A stretch of DNA of 64,000 nucleotides, from the NCBI GenBank assembly GCA_013239625.1, contig MU054001.1:2114151-2178150 (forward strand), in the 5' to 3' direction. The position numbers and the translations under genes were made by a program. The notes under the pieces are model-generated. The model was not told the origin of the DNA. It searched no databases and was given only the letters and a program-made list of their open reading frames with translations. Positions 49,411-62,580 of this stretch are shown here, one piece after another (the first letter of the stretch is position 1; each line of letters opens with the position of its first letter). The DNA is from Lama guanicoe (lineage: Eukaryota).

Positions 49411-49904
49411 TCCTTGACAAGGTAGGTTAGAGTTAGAACCATGGATTTAAAAGGCATCTTACACAAGAAATTGACAGAATTTTGTAAACTGATTATACTA
49501 CAATAAGATAAAATAAAAGGCACCTTAGAGACAATCTTTGTGAACCCTCCCTTTGAGGGAAGAGAAAATGAGATCCTTAGAAGTCTACTTGCCCCAAACC
49601 ACCCAGTGATAGAGACAGGACTCCTATGAATTGGATCTCATGACCAACACCTCCTAACTGATTAGAACTCTTTGTCCTACTGGTGGCTCTTTGGCTGTTT
49701 GCCTCTCAGAGTAGTTTCATCCAAGAGAGCTTTTGCTAAGGAAAACAGCATGAATTTTGAATTCAACATTGTGCGGCTGAAGACTGCATTTGATAATTAT
49801 CATAACATGTTAGACAGTTGAAATTGCAGGGGAGAAAAACAGTTAAGACACTGGCCCAGTTATTAAGTATTAAAGACACTGAAGATTTTGCTCTGTGGTA
49901 AGTA

Positions 49905-50065
49905 CCAGATAGGGCATGATAACCATTTGCAAATATTTGTAAAGGTGCAAACAGTGAAGTGGGAGAGAAATTACTTAGAACGGTGGAGGGAAGCTCCAAG
50001 TAATGAGGTGGAACAAAAGGAAAATATTATTAGCTGAAGAGTGGGAAAAGGGTTTTATCAATGAG
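49905..50065 (+). mobile_element. CR1/L3-type LINE 3' fragment
   Basis: GGGCATGATAACCATTTGCAAATATTTG...GGGAGAGAAATT...AAGTAATGAGGTG...AAAGGAAAAT resembles the CR1 ORF2 end. Confidence 0.55.
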
Positions 50066-51199
50066 AACAAGTCGGTTGTGTTTACAGACAAACTCAATTG
50101 TCTGAGTGAACCTTATGTAGTATTTGAAGTGATAAAGAAAAAAAAAGAAAATTAGAAAGCTTTACACTGGCACGTATCTCTTGTATTTCTTGAAATTATT
50201 TTCTCTTATCCTCTCACTTTTCAAACACATTTACTGTATGTTTGAAATGCAATTATTTCACAACAGAAGGGGTATAATGCATTTTGGTCAGTTTTATGAT
50301 TGACTAAGTCAAATTTCTCTCTTATCAGAGACGGATGAATAATTGGACTACAAACCAAGAGTTCTCTAATTATGTTTCAGTCGCTGATTGTGGCACTAAG
50401 AGAGACTATATTACCACTGTTAATCATTTTACAGTGTTTTAACATTTGGGCAATTTTAAACTTCAAAAAATTGTCAAGGTTGTGAAATATTGCATCTTCA
50501 CTGAAAGGTAAAAATTTCCAGTAAGAATTTGAATGGTTAACATTAAATTAAAAACAGCAATACCACCACCACCACCAAATAAAATAAAAAAACAGTTGAC
50601 TGTTTTACCTAAGTTGTTTCCAGTAGATTTAAGTAGTTATTACTGAATATGATTCACTGGCAATCATGGCTGTTTTTCCTTCTTTTATTTGGATTTGTTG
50701 GCTACACCAGCATCAATCATTTCACAGCCTATTAAAGTAACATGATCTGTCCACCCAAGAAAAAATACCCAACAATCCTCATGTTCCTTCTGTTTAGAGG
50801 GGGTCCTTGGAGGACAAAATGTTACAGATGGAAATGTGAGGTTCCTCTTCCCACCTTGTTCTAAGTGTCCTCATTGAATATAATTTCTTAGCGCACTGCT
50901 GGCTTTGTCATCAGTGAAGAGCCAGCAAAATAGCTGCTCTAATTATATCTCCTTAAGATGATGCCCATTTGATTGAGGGCTGGGCTGAAAATACACTCTA
51001 CATTATCATATGAAAAAGCCCCAGAAAAAGCCCTGTCTTCAAACTGCAGAGTGAACCCTGCTCCAAGTGATTCTCAATGAAGCGACAAAGTGAAAAAAAG
51101 GCAAGAGCACTTATTTGACCACAGACCCATTGAAATATCACTTTGATGAATGCAAACACATCTGTCATCCGCACTAGGAGATGTTTTCTGTCACTAGAC

Positions 51200-51712
51200 C
51201 AGTGAAGGCTGTTTTAGCTCTAAGAACTAGAAACCCACACCAAGCTGGCTTAAACAAGAAAGGGAATTTATCATGAGTGTGCAGGAGTATGTGACACAAG
51301 CCACAAGAGGCTGGGATTAGAATTGAGAAAACCATCTAGAATGAAAGCTCTGATTCTCTTTGGTTCCCTCCAGGTCGCATGGTGTCTCATCTCTGCCTTT
51401 CTCTTTGTAGCCCCCTTACTGTCTTGCAGAAGATGGGCTCTCCTTGCTTCTCTCTTCCTGTATCTGCCCTGTGGCCTTCACTTTGGACCACCTCAGTTGT
51501 AGCCACAGGCAGGGCCTCCGACCAGCATCCCTCAGTTCTAAGTCTAAATTCAGGGAGATGCAGTCCGACCAATCCAGTTACCGTTGTGTCTGCTCTTGGT
51601 CTACATAGCAGTGGCCATGGGAGATCTTTCATGTTCTCCAAACTTGGCTGCCAAGCTCAAGTTCTCTAAGAAAGGGGCTTATTGTAGATACCAAAAGGCG
51701 TCTACTACAGTT
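51200..51712 (-). mobile_element. Old MaLR LTR (MLT1-like)
   Basis: AGAAACCCACACCAAGCTGGCTTAAACAAGAAAGGGAATTTAT motif. Confidence 0.55.
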
Positions 51713-51737
51713 ATCTTCAAATTATAACCCATGTGTT

Positions 51738-52020
51738 TATTTATTCACTCATTCAACAAATATTTATTGAGGGCTGACTATGTGCCAGGCACTGGGAATA
51801 CAGAAAAGAACAAAGATTCACTAAGAAAACAAAGCAGACACAATTCATGACCTCATGGAATGTTCTAGAATAAAGAGGCAGAAGAAAATAATTAAGTAAA
51901 TAGAATAGGGAGAGTAGAAGGTGATAAAGACTATGAAGACGCTGGGGAGGTGTAATTTGAAATGATTTGGTTGGGATTGCTTTGCTAAGCAGGTGCTATT
52001 TGAGCTAAGTCCTGAGGAAA
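51738..52020 (-). mobile_element. L2 3' end
   Basis: ATTCACTCATTCAACAAATATTTATTGAGGGCTGACTATGTGCCAGGCACTG. Confidence 0.88.
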
Positions 52021-52585
52021 GCAACTGAGGGAGTCATGGACACTTCACTCTGAGTTTAATTTTTTTTAACCCCCAACAACTCATAGAATGATGACTAAAA
52101 AAATTTTTTTCCTTTGAAGTTCATCCCGGAAGTTTCTTTTCCTAGGAAGTAGGGGCTGTCCTGTTAATTCAACATTTATATTTACCAAATATCTCAAGCG
52201 TCTGTAGCAAATCCTGAGGGTTTTTTGGCATTTCAAAATTTTAAAATGTGCAATTCAGTATTGCTTGGAGAAAACAAAGCAAGCAAATAAACCAGTGAGT
52301 TCCAAGTTTCACCCTTGGAAAGGGGAGCAGTGAAGGCATGCAAATCCAGCCAGCCTGGACCCTGAGCTCAGTAGCCATGGAGACTGTCGAGGAAGTTCAA
52401 CTGTGGGATGTGGGAGGCATTTCCAGTCAGACTTGTTTGGGCAAGAGCCACTTGTTTTAATAAGTTCTGTTCACTTATTATTCTTTAACAGACCATGAGA
52501 GCTTGAGCGTGGTAAAAAATTCTTAAATCTTGATGGCTGTGTGTCTGTGGGGTTATCATTGTCTCCACCTCAAACATGGATGGTG

Positions 52586-53380
52586 GCACACCCACGTTCA
52601 TAGTGCCATTGGCCCATTATTCACTATATTCCACAGAGAGGGAAGCAACCCAAATGCCCATCAATAAAGAAAATGCGGTATGTACATACAATGGAATATT
52701 ACTCAGCCTTAAAGAAGATGGCAGTCCTTGTCACATCCTATCACATGGATGGACCTTGAAGGCATTATACTAAGTGAAATAAGACAGCCACAAAAAAGAC
52801 ACGTATTGTTTGATCTCACTTATATGTGGCATCTAAAATGGTCAAATTCATAGAAACAGAAAGTAGAATTGCAGTTACCAGGAAATGAAGGAATTGTTAT
52901 CTAATGGATATAGTGTTTTAGTTTTGCAAGGTGAAAAAATTCTGGAGATTGGCTGCACAATGTGAATATAGTTAACATTTCTGCCATATGATATCACTTA
53001 CATGTGGAATCTTAAAAAAAAGACAAACTTATTTACAAAACAGAAACAGACTCACAGACATAGAAAATAAACTTATGGTTACTGGGAGAAGAAGGGGTGA
53101 GAAAGGATAAATTGGGAGTTTGAGATTTGCAGGTACACACTACTGTATATAAGATAGATAAACAACAAGTTCATACTGTACAGCACAGGGAACTATATTC
53201 AATATCTTGTAGTGATTTATGGTGAAGAAGAGTATGAAAGCTAATATATGTGTGTTCATGTATGACTGAAGCATTGTGCTGTACACCAGAGATTGACACA
53301 CTGTAAACTGACTATACTTCAATAAAATATATATATAAAGATTCCTTAACTGTGCACTTAAAAATTTTTAGTTAAAAAAA
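52586..53380 (+). mobile_element. L1MB-type 3' end containing a younger L1
   Basis: GGAAGCAACCCAAATGCCCATCA; ACATGGATGGACCTTGAAGGCATTATACTAAGTGAAATAAG; resumes AACTGTGCACTTAAAA after 53345. Confidence 0.88.
52983..53340 (+). mobile_element. Younger L1 3' end, nested
   Basis: CCATATGATATCACTTACATGTGGAATCT...AAACAGACTCACAGACATAG...GACTATACTTCAATAAAA. Confidence 0.9.
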
Positions 53381-56300
53381 TGATGGGATGGAAAGATAGA
53401 GACTGACAGCATCTTGGAGCAGCTGTACCAGTCCTGGGCTGCCCCCTCCAGACTTCTTGTCATATAAAGAAAATAAAGCTGTACTCAGTAGTTAAAAAAA
53501 AGTAGGCAATGTCTCCCCAAAGCTTGCAGACTCCCAGGATGGTGATTAAGACTCTCCATCAACTGGTCTTAAATTTTGGTTTCCCATTTATCCTTTTGTC
53601 TTCAGAAGTTTTAGTCAATCTGGACCAGAAGCCTGGTGCAGTCCAGTCTCCCAGACTCATCTTTTTCACCATAAGTCACTCTTCCAGGAGACTTTCTTGA
53701 GACCAGTGTTTGGGACAGTTTTCCTATTATGAGTGCTCATATTTCTTGTGGTACTTAGCGCTTCCTGTCTTGTATTGGAACTTAGGTATAAATCTTCTCT
53801 ATATCCTCTCCACGGTTATACTGTATGTTCCTTGAAGTCAGGAGACATGATTTTAAAATTACCATATTTTCCATAGCACCATCCAAGTGTCAGGCACATA
53901 ATAAGTGCTTGGAATACAAGCAAACAAACCAAAAATATGGCCAGAAGTTTTAACCATGGCTGAAGTGGAAATGTATGAGGTTCTTAATAACGCTGAGCCT
54001 ATTGATTCCATTATTTTATTTTCAAGTTTGGATGTATGGCATGTTGATATGAATCAAACAGAAGTCTCTAGGGTCATGTTAAGGATGGAATTCTGTGAAG
54101 TCAAGTGAATCAATTGCACGGTTATTCTTAATCATTAGCTAGTTGAGACAAATAACACAGAATCGATCATTTTTCCATATGACATTTTCATCATATAGAC
54201 TGGAAGTTTCTAATTTTTTACAATATGAAAACCTCTATTTTTAATGCTAATTTTATGATAATAGTACTTTTGTGTCTAGGGAAGGAGAAAATACACAATA
54301 ATAGAGCTATGACAAATTCAATGATGCTTCAGAAATCTTTTGTATCTTGTTAGTCATAGCACCATCTACATATATTTGAAAAACAGCAGAATTTTGTTGT
54401 GTGATGCATATGTTTATTCTAACAAGAGCTAACGCATGTAGTTTAAATAGATTTTCAGAACTCTTTCCAGTGGAGCCATTGATGTAAATATCTATCGACT
54501 AACCAATGTCTTGCAAATGTCTGTCTACGTTTTGTGCAAAAAACCCACGGAGGACTAGATTCTATTCCAACACCTTTCAGCTAAGTGCACTATTTTTCTT
54601 ACCTACCTTCTCTGGGAAGACTATGAAGTCTTAACCTCATATTATTTGTTGGAATCCTTCATTCATGGTTGGCCCTACCTTACACAATGAAACGTAGATG
54701 GTTTACTAAGTTAAATGTTAAGAAACACGTGTCCAACCAATGACAGATCACTTAATGACAACTAGAGTGGGGTCTGGTGTTAATGGCCAGGATCTCCTTA
54801 ATTGGATTTTGCTAAAATTCTTGCTCTGACATGCCTGCCTTTTGTTGATATTATCTGATGTCTACTTTGGTCACACAGATCCTCCTCTGTGTAGAATAGC
54901 AGCCCATGTCTCATAGTCTCAGTTTAAAGGCCACTTCTTCATGGAGGCCTTGCCTACTTCCTCTTAGCCTAGAAGACTTCCGTTTTTGTAAGTCACAACT
55001 GTGCTCATAATTCCACCATCAGGATGGCATGGCACAGACAGCAGGGACTTCATCTCCTACATACCTGTATCCTTAGCGCACAGCGGCTGATCAGTAGATG
55101 TTTGCTGCATAAATGAATGAATATCCCTTGCTGTTTCATTTGGGGCTCTCTGCCTCGGGCTGATTGAGTCATTACAGAGGAATGTCCACTTCGGTCTAAA
55201 AATTTCTCGAAAGCCAGACCTAGGTTGTGATCTTCATCAGTTGTATTTGCCTGACGCACCCACGCCTGTTCGTATTTGTGACTGCCTGTATATGTGCAAA
55301 TGCTGAAGTCTGTTCACATCTTCTCTAACATGTAATCTGAAAAGCGTCCTGTCTCTCTTCACTGCCAGACAGTTGTTTTCAATAGTGCTTGATATCTGTC
55401 CCTTAGAACGTAAGTCCCACGAGGGCAAGGACTTTGTTTATCTGGCTTCTGTGATATTCCTAGCACCTATGCTAGTCCTTGGCAGGCCCCTGATAAACAT
55501 TTGTTGTATGACTGTTGACGCACTGACTGATTTAATTGTTTGGAGGAGTGTTGTGATGTGGATATGATTAAGATGCTCCACACAGAGAAGCAGGAAGTAA
55601 ACTAGGTACTCCTATCCATTGCCTTTAGTAGATGCTGAGATAGAATAACAAGACTATTCTATTCACGTATTAGCCTCGCTTTCCAAACAGCCTCCCTGTT
55701 CTTAAGGGAATCTCTAACTCTTTACATCCTCATCGCCCTCATACGCAATATGTTATTTCCTAGACACTGGATTTTCTGTCTTGCTTCAGCTTCAAATTCA
55801 GTAGGAGAAACAAATTGAGACTTTCAGGGACCTGGACACCAAAAATGTGTACTGCTTCTCGAATTACCCTCATCAGCGGTGTGGATTGTTGAGGAGGATA
55901 AATGAAGACATTATAGTTCAGGTTTGATCGCACACCCCATTTGCATTCCCCAACAAAGAACAAGTCTGTGTTTCACTGTGATTGTATAATAGGAAGTAAA
56001 GTACTGTGGCTTATGTTACTTGGAGTTGATTTAAATTTTTATGAACCTGATACCTCTGAAAGGCAATAATCAAAATGAAACCAGGGTAATTATTTTCATT
56101 TGAAAACATCAGAATGAGACCTCATTACATTCCAGGGAGTGACTCAAGGGGAAGTATGGGAAAGTGAAGCATAAACTCCATTTTGAAAATAAATTTCTTA
56201 AAATTTTCAGCAAAGTCACGGAAGGGAGTACAGAGCCAGAGGTGATGATTTTCAATCAATATTCCAAATTCTTTTAATTAAGGATGTCTTGGGATTGCAG

Positions 56301-57881
56301 ACTATGCTGGGACATACATATGTATCTATAATAAACAAGATGTATTTTGTAGAAATGGATTTGGGTTTTGGCATCGACTTGATAGGGAGATCAAAGCACT
56401 AGCTGGCATTAGAAGGATTTAGATACATTTGTCATAGGCAGCTGTTATGCTAATCTCATTTATGCAGTTGTCAGCTGATAGGCTCTGATGAGCCAGCTGA
56501 GTGGGAAAATCATTATTCCATCCCTATTGTGATAAGTGTTATTTATTACTGTCAAATGGTATTAATGTTTGATTCAAAGATGGGGAGTGGGCACCATCTA
56601 CACAAAGTTCAGCCATTCATGGTCAACTGCAACAAAAGGAATCGCTGAATTCCAGCCAAACGAACTTCATTTCTGGGTGAAAAAAGAATAATGGATTTAA
56701 TTTGCATATGTTTTAAAAGGGTAATGAAGTAATATGATGTTTATCTTGGTTGAAGAGTGGTAATTTTCACTGGCGGGACTCCAGCTTCGTTGGAGCCATT
56801 GTGAAGCATTTACTGTTGGGTTGGTGTGGAAGGACTTTTCAAAGCAGCAGGTGCATTGGGGGTTGGGGGGGGAGCAAGATGATTTATTCATTAGGCCAAA
56901 AATGAGCAATCTGGACATCTATTTTTTCTTCATCTTCCTCAGAAATGTATTTATAACTAAATCCCCTCTCTCTTCCCCTGTGATGGTGATAGCCCCTGAT
57001 TTTCACATTCCTTTTGTGGCCTTTGACAATTTAATTATGTGAAATCCCTAACCCGTCACTCACTTCATTTCTGTTCCCCTTTTGTTATGATCAGATTTGC
57101 TGTTTCCACTCCATCTAAACTGATATCTGTACAGGCCTGGTGTTTTGGAATGGAGCGTGGCTTTCTCGTTAGGGTAAAGCTAGGAGACAGTTAAGGAAGG
57201 CTACCAACGGCTGAGGGTTTGTTCTTAAGCATTTTGTTAAATTAACTGCTCAGCTGAGCTCTGAGTTGTTAAAAATGATTCCCCTCTGTATGGGGACTTG
57301 CAGAGAGCTGTCCCCCTTCCAATACAGCTGCGTTGGTTCATGCCGCTTTGGATTATTTTTCTTGTGTTAAAAATACAGATAACCTAATTATAGCACCTCC
57401 CCAGTTCCCAAACGCCTCACTTAATGACTCATTAGTGCAGCGAGAACACTTTCCATCGCTTGCTAAATACTATTCCATTTCTGAGGACTTCATCTTCTTT
57501 TTTCGTATTTGCTCTGAAAAAAAAGTTTGACTCAACATATTTCAGAGCCTTTAGATTTTGCTGATTGGCTCCATTTCTATAACAAGCTGGTCACTTTTCA
57601 GGATCCAGCTTTTCCCGTCTTCTGGGGTTGATAAAAATCGGGGCAGATGCTTTTGTTCAGTGGGAGAGGGTCACAAGGGATTTTGTAAATCCCTGAACTC
57701 AAAGAAAACTGTCTTCCTTCTCACCCAGCATTTAATGGGGTTTCATTGGAATCCAGAATCTGCCATTGTGTGACTTAATCCACCATGTTTCCCCAGAAGC
57801 CAACATAATGCCTGGAACAGAGGCCCTCAAGGAATATTCGCTGACTAAATGAACGAACCTTAGGAAGCTTATAGTCTAGTT

Positions 57882-58218
57882 CAAGGGCTGGAAAACTTTT
57901 TCTGTACAGGACCAGACAGTAAACATCTTAGGCTTTGTGCACCATATGGTCTTTGTTGTAACTGTTCAACTGCTGTTGTAGGATGAAAGCAACCACAGAC
58001 CATACATAAATGAATGTACATGGCTATGTTCCAATAAATCTTTGTTTACGGTTACTGAAATTTGAATTTTATATAATTTTCACATGTCATGAAATATTTT
58101 TATTTTGATTTTTTTCCCCCAACTAATCAAACATGTGAAAATCATTCTTAGCTCACAGCCATACAAAAACAGATGGTGGATTGGATTTGATCCGTGGGCC
58201 ATACCTTGCTGACCCCTG
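57882..58218. mobile_element. MER58B (hAT-Charlie)
   Basis: CAAGGGCTGGAAAAC...TTGCTGACCCCTG termini; perfect 8-bp TSD GTCTAGTT. Confidence 0.93.
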
Positions 58219-58239
58219 GTCTAGTTAGTCTACAGGGTG

Positions 58240-58690
58240 ATGAAGTGCTCACTTCTCTGGCCTCACCTCCTGTTTCTCTCTCCCTCCCTCACTACCCTCC
58301 AGCCACTTTGACCTCTTTTCTGTTCTGCAAACTCACCAAGATTGTTCCTACTTCTGGACCATTGACTTTGCCGTCCTTCTGCCTGGAACACTTTGCCCTC
58401 AGATGTTCCCATGACTGGTTTCTCCTTCTCACAATTTATTTGGGTCTCAGCCCAAATGACAAGTCTTCACAGAGGTCTAATACCCCATGTCCAAGTGGGC
58501 ATCCCTGTCCCAACCACTGTCCTTTATTCCACTGCATCTCGTGTCCTTATCAACATCTGAGATGATTTTATAAAAGACATCTCTCTTCCAGAATGTAAAT
58601 TCGTTTAGAGAAGGACCGTTTTCTTGGTCTTTTAGAATGTGGTTCTTCGGTGCCCAGAACAGGGACAGTCACGGTTTGTGGACTGAATGG
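58240..58690 (+). mobile_element. L2 3' fragment
   Basis: CTCCAGCCACTTTGACCTC; CCTTCTGCCTGGAACACTTT; CAGAATGTAAATTC. Confidence 0.72.
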
Positions 58691-59806
58691 GGTTGGTGTT
58701 ACAAGTATACAGGGTGCAGAAGGACATAACTGAAGACACATGCTCTTATTCTGGAAGTATTTTGATATTCTTTTCTGCAAAAATCTCAACAATCAAATAA
58801 GGGAGGAAATGTATGCTCAAATAACTGTGATATAAAGATACCAAGCACTGAGAGCCACAAGGAATTCAAAGGGGGTATAGATCACCCCTAGGTAGGTGAA
58901 AAGCAGATGGCTTCATGTAGGAGGGAGTCTTTGCAATGAGCATTGAGTCTGCAGGAAGGAGTGAGGAAGATTCACCACAGTGTGGGTTTCCAGATACAGA
59001 GGACATATCCAACAGACACCGATTCTTGGGGATCATTTATGACTGTTACATTCAAGTGAAGAACCCACCCTGTTTCAGTAGAGAGATCCGAATGTAAGTC
59101 TTTGAATGCTTATATTCCTAAGGAACCTCTTGCAGAGAAGTGTGTTAAATACTTAGTCGAGTCTCTCCATTAAAGATCTATCACCATAGCAACAATTAGA
59201 TGCTAAGAGCTTCTCCCAGCAAGTGGAGTCAATGGACCATGTGAATAAAGAACAGGTGTGACAAATATTATTCTGCTTGTCGTAAATACTGTCTTGAATA
59301 GCATCTGGCTTTTGCTGGCGACCTAGCCTCTTCTCCATCACCCCTACACACAATTTCACTCCAGTTTCCCCAAGGTACTGTGCTGTCTCATACCTTTGCA
59401 TGAGCTGAAACCTTTCCTTCACGTATTCCTTGAATGTCCATGGGGCTAAGGAAGGTAATCTAATGAGCGAAGTGGACTGGGTGGGGTTTGGGACAAGCTG
59501 GAGGGTCCTCACTGTATCTAAAGAAAGGCCCACTGCTTGATCTCAGCCAATGTTTGTCACACAGGAATGTGGGCTCTAGGCTGACAAACCTTCAAACTTT
59601 TTTTTTTGGAGAAATGGGAAATCTGAATCCTTAAATATTAGCAACTAGTTTAAATTTTTTTAATACAGCTGACTGTGAGATTTGACTGCCCTACTGGTTT
59701 GCTTCTTTTAGTCTAAGCTAACTCCTCATCCTCCTTTATGATTTTGCTCAAGGGCCACCTCTTTCTTTGCACTTTCATACCTTGTACATGCGACTACCAT
59801 AGTTCT

Positions 59807-59949
59807 ATTTATTTATTTATTTATCTGTTTATTTACTTATTTACTGAAGTACAATCAACCACAGTGTGTCAAGCTCTGGTACACAGTACACTGTCCCAGC
59901 CATGCGCACACATAATTATATTCGCCTCACATTCTTTTTCTCTCTAAAG
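59807..59949 (-). mobile_element. Very short L1 3' end
   Basis: (ATTT)n tail, then TTACTGAAGTACAATCAACCACAGTGTGTCAA; perfect 17-bp TSD GCGACTACCATAGTTCT (59790-59806, 59950-59966). Confidence 0.9.
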
Positions 59950-60240
59950 GCGACTACCATAGTTCTTATCACGTGGGCTGTAATTCTGACTGGACTCCTC
60001 GGAGACCCCCAACTAGATGATGAGGTCCAGGATGAGGATTAGAAGGCAGCAAGCTTAGCCCATGTGGCTTTGGACTCTTGTTACCACTCTGCCATCAGCT
60101 AAGTTCCATGAAACTCACAACCTCACCAGATATAGATATGATGTTGTCAAGGAAACTACACAGCATCCCTTTACATGTTCCATGAAAGCATCACTTGAGT
60201 TTTAGTTCCAGAAAGGCTTGGCATTCTCTAAGCAACTGGC

Positions 60241-60265
60241 GTGTGTGTGTGTGTGTGTGTGTGTG
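60241..60265. repeat. (TG)n microsatellite
   Basis: About 12 GT units. Confidence 0.95.
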
Positions 60266-61779
60266 CTTTGCTTTGGCCTGCAGGGAGCTCTCTGCCTCAT
60301 TTACAGTTCACCTCTGTATGTTCCCCTGACCATATGTTTTCTTTCATCCTAGTTTATTCTTTGTCTTATACTCTTGTATTTCAGGTATTTTTTTTAAAGG
60401 AAACTCAAATATTTTTTTGAACATGAAACAGAATATGAATAAATAAAGACAAATCACATTTAATTTTATATTTTTTCCAAGTTATTCTTTGCGTTAGTTA
60501 CAGAGAATGGGGAAAATGAGCATGTGACGTCTTTTACCTTTCTCGTTAGTTAACACTGAGCCCACCAACAATGTTCTGTGGATAAATATTTGATGAATAT
60601 ACACTGAGTGATGAGTAGACAATGAGATATTTGATCATGTCAATCAATTTCCTTTAGATAATCCATTTAAAGTGGCAAATAAATTGATGAGGCAAACCAC
60701 GGTTTTCATTATCGAGAATGAAGATGGGTATTTGAGATCTTAGCTCCTTTGCCACATTTATAATTTTATTACTAAAGCTTCACACCAGAGCCGCTAACGA
60801 GAATAAGTTTAAGAAGACTGAAATTACATCACATTATAACTGACACTTCTAGGATTAATTCTACAACTTGTGATTTTAATTTTGGTGAAAATGTATTTAA
60901 AATTATCTCTTGTCACCATCTCTTATTAAACATAATGAAACTTGATGACATTCTAATAACATTAAACTGTTTTGGTAGTCACTGAGGTTAGTCTGAAAAG
61001 ACTATTCAAGCTAAGAAAATAGTGGATCACTTTTGAAAGACAGTATTTGGGGAGCTTTGAGGAGCTGAGTATTTCATTCAGCTCACATACTACATTATTG
61101 CTCATACTCGTGGGTAATTTAGAAGGTATTCTGTATGTTAGAAGAACTGGTGTGCAATTAATGGGGGGAAATCAAGGACATTTTAGCAAAGAAGGAAACA
61201 AGGAGACGGAAGAGGTCACTTCACTGCAATTTGGTGTCTGTGTTTTGGGCTGGTTTTTATTATTAGCAGGGCCATGAAAAATACTGGGTCCCCAAAACTT
61301 GGTAAATAAAACTCCTGATGTAGGTCATTGCATTGCAATGAGGTCATTGCATTTATCTTTTTAGATCTTCCTTGTCTCCCTTCTTCCCTCCCTCATATCC
61401 TTCTTTCTTTTCTTCCTTCCTCCTTCATTTCCAACCCAGGTCTCAAAATGTCATGATCTTCCTCTTGGATCAACTTTTTCCTTTTGCCAGATTAGGCAAA
61501 AAATTACTTTGGGATAGAATGATATTACAGAGTGGGAAAGGTTAGATCACAGTGGGATTATAGTTTCTCATTTTCCCTAATGGTGGAATAATTGTTGGCC
61601 TAAAAGCTTGTTACATTCCCAACATTTGCTAATTTAGGGACTTTATATGTTCACTTCATATATCTTCCTCTGTGTTTTTCTAAGAAACTTGTGGATTTTT
61701 CATGACATTCTTTCAACTCTATCTTGGGTCACTCCCTTCTCTGCCTTTAACCTCATTCCCAAATGTAAATGATGTTAAT

Positions 61780-62580
61780 ACAACAGACATGTACTGCATA
61801 CCTACTGTATGTCAGTTGCCGGCTGGGTATGGGAGATCCTGACCAGAATAAGAATCAATGTTTGCCATCTAGGATTCATTGTTTAGTGGGAAAAACACTA
61901 TTATTTGGACAAGTCAATGAATAATTCTAGGATAATCAGATAAGTGGTATGAAAGCCTATGACCTAAATACCAATAGGAACAGAAGAAAAAGAATGATTA
62001 GAAAGTTTTTCAGAGGTGACATTGGAAATGGGCCTGGAAGGATCTGTAGTGCACTAGCCAGAGAAAAAGAGAAAAAAGAATTCTGGTGGAGGGAAAACAT
62101 GTGCAAGACCATCGTGACCACTCCCACAAGTAGAGCTGGATATAATGGAAGCAGAGGGACCTGGTGGATGGGTGGGTGGAGGGAGTCTTGGGAAATGAAG
62201 CCAAGCTCAGGCTGTGGAAAGCCTTTCCTGTGCTAGGGATTTTTGATTTTTTTTCGTGTGAGTTATAGGGAGCCATGGGCATTTTAAATAAGAGAAGAGG
62301 CATGATAGACCTGTGATTAAAGAGAATCATATTGGAGAAAAGAAAGGTTGAGAGGAAGACTTGGTAGGAAACTATGGATACAGTCCAGGTGAGAGATGAT
62401 AAGAGTCTAACTAGGGTCTCACTAGATAATGGAAGAGGAGGGTAGATTTGAGAGAGATTTAGGAGGTGGCATTGACACTGGGGACTGATTGGACAATAAA
62501 GATAAAGGACAGGGAGGAATTGAGGGTGACTCTGAAGCCATCTATTGCCTGATGTGTTCATTTCAAGATGGGATGGAATT
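61780..62580 (-). mobile_element. L2 fragment
   Basis: GGGAGCCATGGGCATTTTAA; AGTCCAGGTGAGAGATGAT; GTAGATTTGAGAGAGATTTAGGAGGT. Confidence 0.82.

Noticed and set aside
62010..62561. Longest supplied ORF (183 aa, minus strand)
   Set aside because: Lies within a decayed L2 fragment and has no recognisable domain.
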